From contig DASXZW010000071.1 in the NCBI GenBank assembly GCA_036501665.1, positions 59,763-123,762 on the forward strand: a stretch of 64,000 nt of DNA, read 5' to 3'. Numbering within the stretch: the first letter of the stretch is position 1; every line of letters starts with the position of its first letter. Below, piece after piece: positions 61,567 through 64,000 of the stretch. The DNA comes from Verrucomicrobiia bacterium (GTDB lineage: Bacteria; Verrucomicrobiota; Verrucomicrobiia; Limisphaerales; Palsa-1400). The notes below the pieces were generated by a model, which was not told the DNA's origin, ran no database searches, and saw nothing but the letters and a program-made list of their open reading frames with translations. A program made the position numbers and the translations under genes.

Positions 61567-64000
61567 GTGAGGCTCTTCGCTTTTCCGCGATTCAGCTAAG
61601 TCAACTGCAAACTCAACCACCCAATCGTTGTGTTCCTCGGGATCGACCAGCATCTGTTGCACACGCCAATTTTTTTTGTCCTCCGACACCGTGACATACG
61701 TGTGCCTCGCGTTTCGCGCGTTCGGATCAAGACAAATGCGCTCGTGCTCGACATAAAACGCGTCCAATGCCTGTTGCAATCGTTCCGGCGTCCAAGGCTG
61801 GCCGTCCGCGTCGTTTGGCGAAGAAAGATATCCGATGGCCTCGGCAAAATCGCCAATGACCGACCCACGCAAAAACGTGAAAATGCGATTTCTAATTGAC
61901 GCAGTGAAACCCTTCGTATCACGCGTGACATCCCGTTCAGCTTCATCAGAACCAGGAGGACGGACTTCTTTCGCTTCGGCGCGTTGAAAATTCGGGTCCC
62001 GCATTTTTTCCCATTCGTCCAATAAACTCGAATCGACCTGGCGAATCATCGTTTGCAGATAAAGTTCCATTTCGCGGACGGCGTCATTTTTCGCGGAGTC
62101 TGGGACCGTTTGCGAAAGCGCCTTGTAAACGCTGTTCAAATGTCGGAGCAAAACACCCTCCGCCCGTTGCAATTCGTAATCGCGAATGTAATCCGAGAAT
62201 GACCGGAAATTCTCAAACATCTCCCGCGCGATGGATTTCGGACGAATATTTTCCTGACCGACCCACGGATGCTTGTCAGCGAAAGCGTTGAAGGTCGAAT
62301 AAACAAATTCGCGATTGGGCTTCGGGTACTCGAGCTTTTCCAATTCCTCAATTCGCTTGTCGTAATCGATCCCTTCCATTTTCATCTCAGCCATCTTCTG
62401 TTTTTTCAACTTGTCAAGCTGCCGCCGCAGCACAATGTCCGGGTTTTCGAGAATCGATTCCACGAGCGTCAGCAGAACCAGCGCGTAATCCGGTTGTTGC
62501 GGGTCAACCAAAGGAATCGTGTCCAAAAGGTAAAGCGAAAGCGCCTGGTCCATCGAAAAATCATCCTGCAAATTCACATTGACGCGCAGATATGCCCCAT
62601 CTTCCGTTTTCGGGATGAATTCGATTATTTTTCTATCAAGTAAGGACCGAAACAACTGCCAGGCGCGCTTGGTGTGCTCCTTCTTGGCCTTTGGAGTCTC
62701 GTGGCTGTCGCGAATCAACCGTTGCATCGCCGCGCACCCGTCGCCTTTTCTGCTAAGCACATTCAACAACATTCCGTGCGACACCGAAAACCGCGATGTG
62801 AGCTTTTCCGACGGGGCCTGAATCAATCGCAAAAAAGTTTGCTTGTCCCAATTGACGAAATTCTTTTCCGGGGGCTTGCGTTTTACCGATTTCTTTCCTT
62901 CCTTCGCCTTCTCCTCCAGCTTGATGTTTTCAATCGTGTGTTCCGGCGCTTGCGCCACAACCCAGCCACGATCGTCAAATCCTTTTCGCCCCGCGCGCCC
63001 GGCGATTTGGTGAAAATCCCGCGCGCTCAAAATCGCCGTTTTCTGCCCATCAAATTTGCAAAGCTTCGTGAAGAGCGCGGTGCGAATCGGCATATTGATC
63101 CCAGCGCCCAACGTGTCCGTTCCACAAATGACTTTGAGCAGCCCTTTTTGCGTGAGTTGTTCCACCAGGACGCGATATTTCGGGAGCAAACCGGCGTGAT
63201 GCAGGCCGATTCCGTGCTTGAGCCAGCGGCGAATTTCCGGGCCGTACGGACTGGTGAATTTAAATCCTTCAATCGCGCTGCCGATGGCGTTTTTTTCCTC
63301 CCGCGTGCAGACATTGATGCTTGTGAAATCCTGCGCGCTCTGCGCCGCTTCAAGTTGCGTGAAGTGGACGACGTAAACCGGACTTCGCCCCTCGCTCGCG
63401 AGCCGCTCCAAAGCCTGTGCCAATGTGATTTCCGAATAGGCGTACTCCAGCGGTACCGGCCTGTCCGTTGATGAAATAGTGATTGACTGTCGGCCGTTTC
63501 GCTTCGTCAGTTCCTCCTCAAAAAAAGCTGTCTCTCCCAACGTCGCGGACATTAACAAGAACCGCGCCTGCGGCAGCGTCAATAATGGAACCTGCCACGC
63601 AACGCCGCGCTCCCGGTCCGAGTAATAATGGAACTCGTCCATGATAACTTCCTGAAACGGAGCGTCCCGCCCTTCGCGAAGCGCGATGTTTGCGAGAATT
63701 TCCGCGGTGCAACAGAGAATCGGGGCGTTGCGATTCACCGTGGCGTCGCCTGTGCTCAAGCCGACGTTTTCCGGCCCAAACTCGCGGCAAAGCGCCAGCC
63801 ATTTCTCGTTGACAAGCGCTTTGATCGGGCAGGTGTAAACCGAGCGCTTTCCTTGCGCGAGCGCCTTGAACTGCACGGCGGCGGCAACGAGCGATTTGCC
63901 GGAGCCTGTCGGGGTGTTCAGGATGACGTTCTTCTCCTCAAACAATTCGAGCACCGCATTCTCCTGCGCCGGATAAAGTTCAAGACTCCGACTTTCGACA
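61531..64000 (-). CDS. Ski2-like DEAD/DEAH-box helicase with long C-terminal domain (DUF3516-like); N-terminus beyond the window
   Basis: The frame stays open upstream of the track start (GTG 63954) to the window edge (…[30 protein letters not shown]). Helicase motifs are TGSGKS, MDEFHY, SATL and [10 protein letters not shown]. The C-terminal region is about 450 aa. It overlaps the convergent OMF gene end by 36 nt. Confidence 0.8.
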   Translation of the reverse strand, partial: VESRSLELYPAQENAVLELFEEKNVILNTPTGSGKSLVAAAVQFKALAQGKRSVYTCPIKALVNEKWLALCREFGPENVGLSTGDATVNRNAPILCCTAEILANIALREGRDAPFQEVIMDEFHYYSDRERGVAWQVPLLTLPQARFLLMSATLGETAFFEEELTKRNGRQSITISSTDRPVPLEYAYSEITLAQALERLASEGRSPVYVVHFTQLEAAQSAQDFTSINVCTREEKNAIGSAIEGFKFTSPYGPEIRRWLKHGIGLHHAGLLPKYRVLVEQLTQKGLLKVICGTDTLGAGINMPIRTALFTKLCKFDGQKTAILSARDFHQIAGRAGRKGFDDRGWVVAQAPEHTIENIKLEEKAKEGKKSVKRKPPEKNFVNWDKQTFLRLIQAPSEKLTSRFSVSHGMLLNVLSRKGDGCAAMQRLIRDSHETPKAKKEHTKRAWQLFRSLLDRKIIEFIPKTEDGAYLRVNVNLQDDFSMDQALSLYLLDTIPLVDPQQPDYALVLLTLVESILENPDIVLRRQLDKLKKQKMAEMKMEGIDYDKRIEELEKLEYPKPNREFVYSTFNAFADKHPWVGQENIRPKSIAREMFENFRSFSDYIRDYELQRAEGVLLRHLNSVYKALSQTVPDSAKNDAVREMELYLQTMIRQVDSSLLDEWEKMRDPNFQRAEAKEVRPPGSDEAERDVTRDTKGFTASIRNRIFTFLRGSVIGDFAEAIGYLSSPNDADGQPWTPERLQQALDAFYVEHERICLDPNARNARHTYVTVSEDKKNWRVQQMLVDPEEHNDWVVEFAVDLAESRKSEEPHLILRRIGGLTG

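Noticed and set aside
1-64000. Prophage, integrative element, IS element or defence island.
   Set aside because: No integrase, transposase, recombinase, phage structural gene, restriction-modification gene, cas gene, toxin-antitoxin pair or other defence-type gene was recognised. The only compositional outlier (22.3-22.8 kb) lacks boundaries or mobility genes.

Overview
This is a 64-kb chromosomal window with about 45 protein-coding genes on both strands. I saw no rRNA, tRNA, CRISPR array, transposase, integrase or phage genes.

Origin (inference only, nothing was searched): the gene content points to a PVC-group, Verrucomicrobiota-like bacterium. The signatures are:
- a prepilin-type H-X9-DG protein
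- a giant DUF11-repeat surface protein
- a Tat-signal TIM-barrel enzyme
- GH172/DUF2961, GH39 and sialate O-acetylesterase genes
- a fused membrane/spermidine-synthase-like protein
- characteristic short intergenic repeats

Gene layout, left to right:
- a tripartite RND efflux operon on the minus strand, in the order pump, adaptor, outer-membrane factor (OMF)
- a SWIM-SNF2 helicase with an AsmA-like partner
- a 1093-aa DUF11 surface protein
- recG
- small lipoproteins plus a pseudopilin-like gene
- class II ribonucleotide reductase nrdJ, preceded by a structured leader
- SIMPL, HEAT-repeat and M16 peptidase genes
- a 13-kb co-directional array (28.0-41.4 kb) that mixes secreted hydrolases with an lplT-lnt-aas lysophospholipid-recycling operon
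- fba, two hsp20 genes, metF, a beta-propeller gene, GH39, a hexose-6-P epimerase gene, nfo and hisH
- a GT39-like/TPR membrane protein and a fused spermidine-synthase-like protein
- a second, canonical RND operon (adaptor, pump, OMF)
- a Ski2-like helicase that runs off the right edge

No obvious self-contained novel system such as a defence island is visible. The most noteworthy items are:
- a 31-bp hexamer-built inverted repeat that buries the start codon of the second OMF gene
- translational coupling of lnt to lplT and aas
- a tandem alpha/beta-hydrolase whose second copy has lost the nucleophile serine
- a modular family of short intergenic repeats that recurs at several loci
- the internally duplicated DUF11 protein

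All family calls rest on motifs read by eye. No HMM or BLAST search was run.
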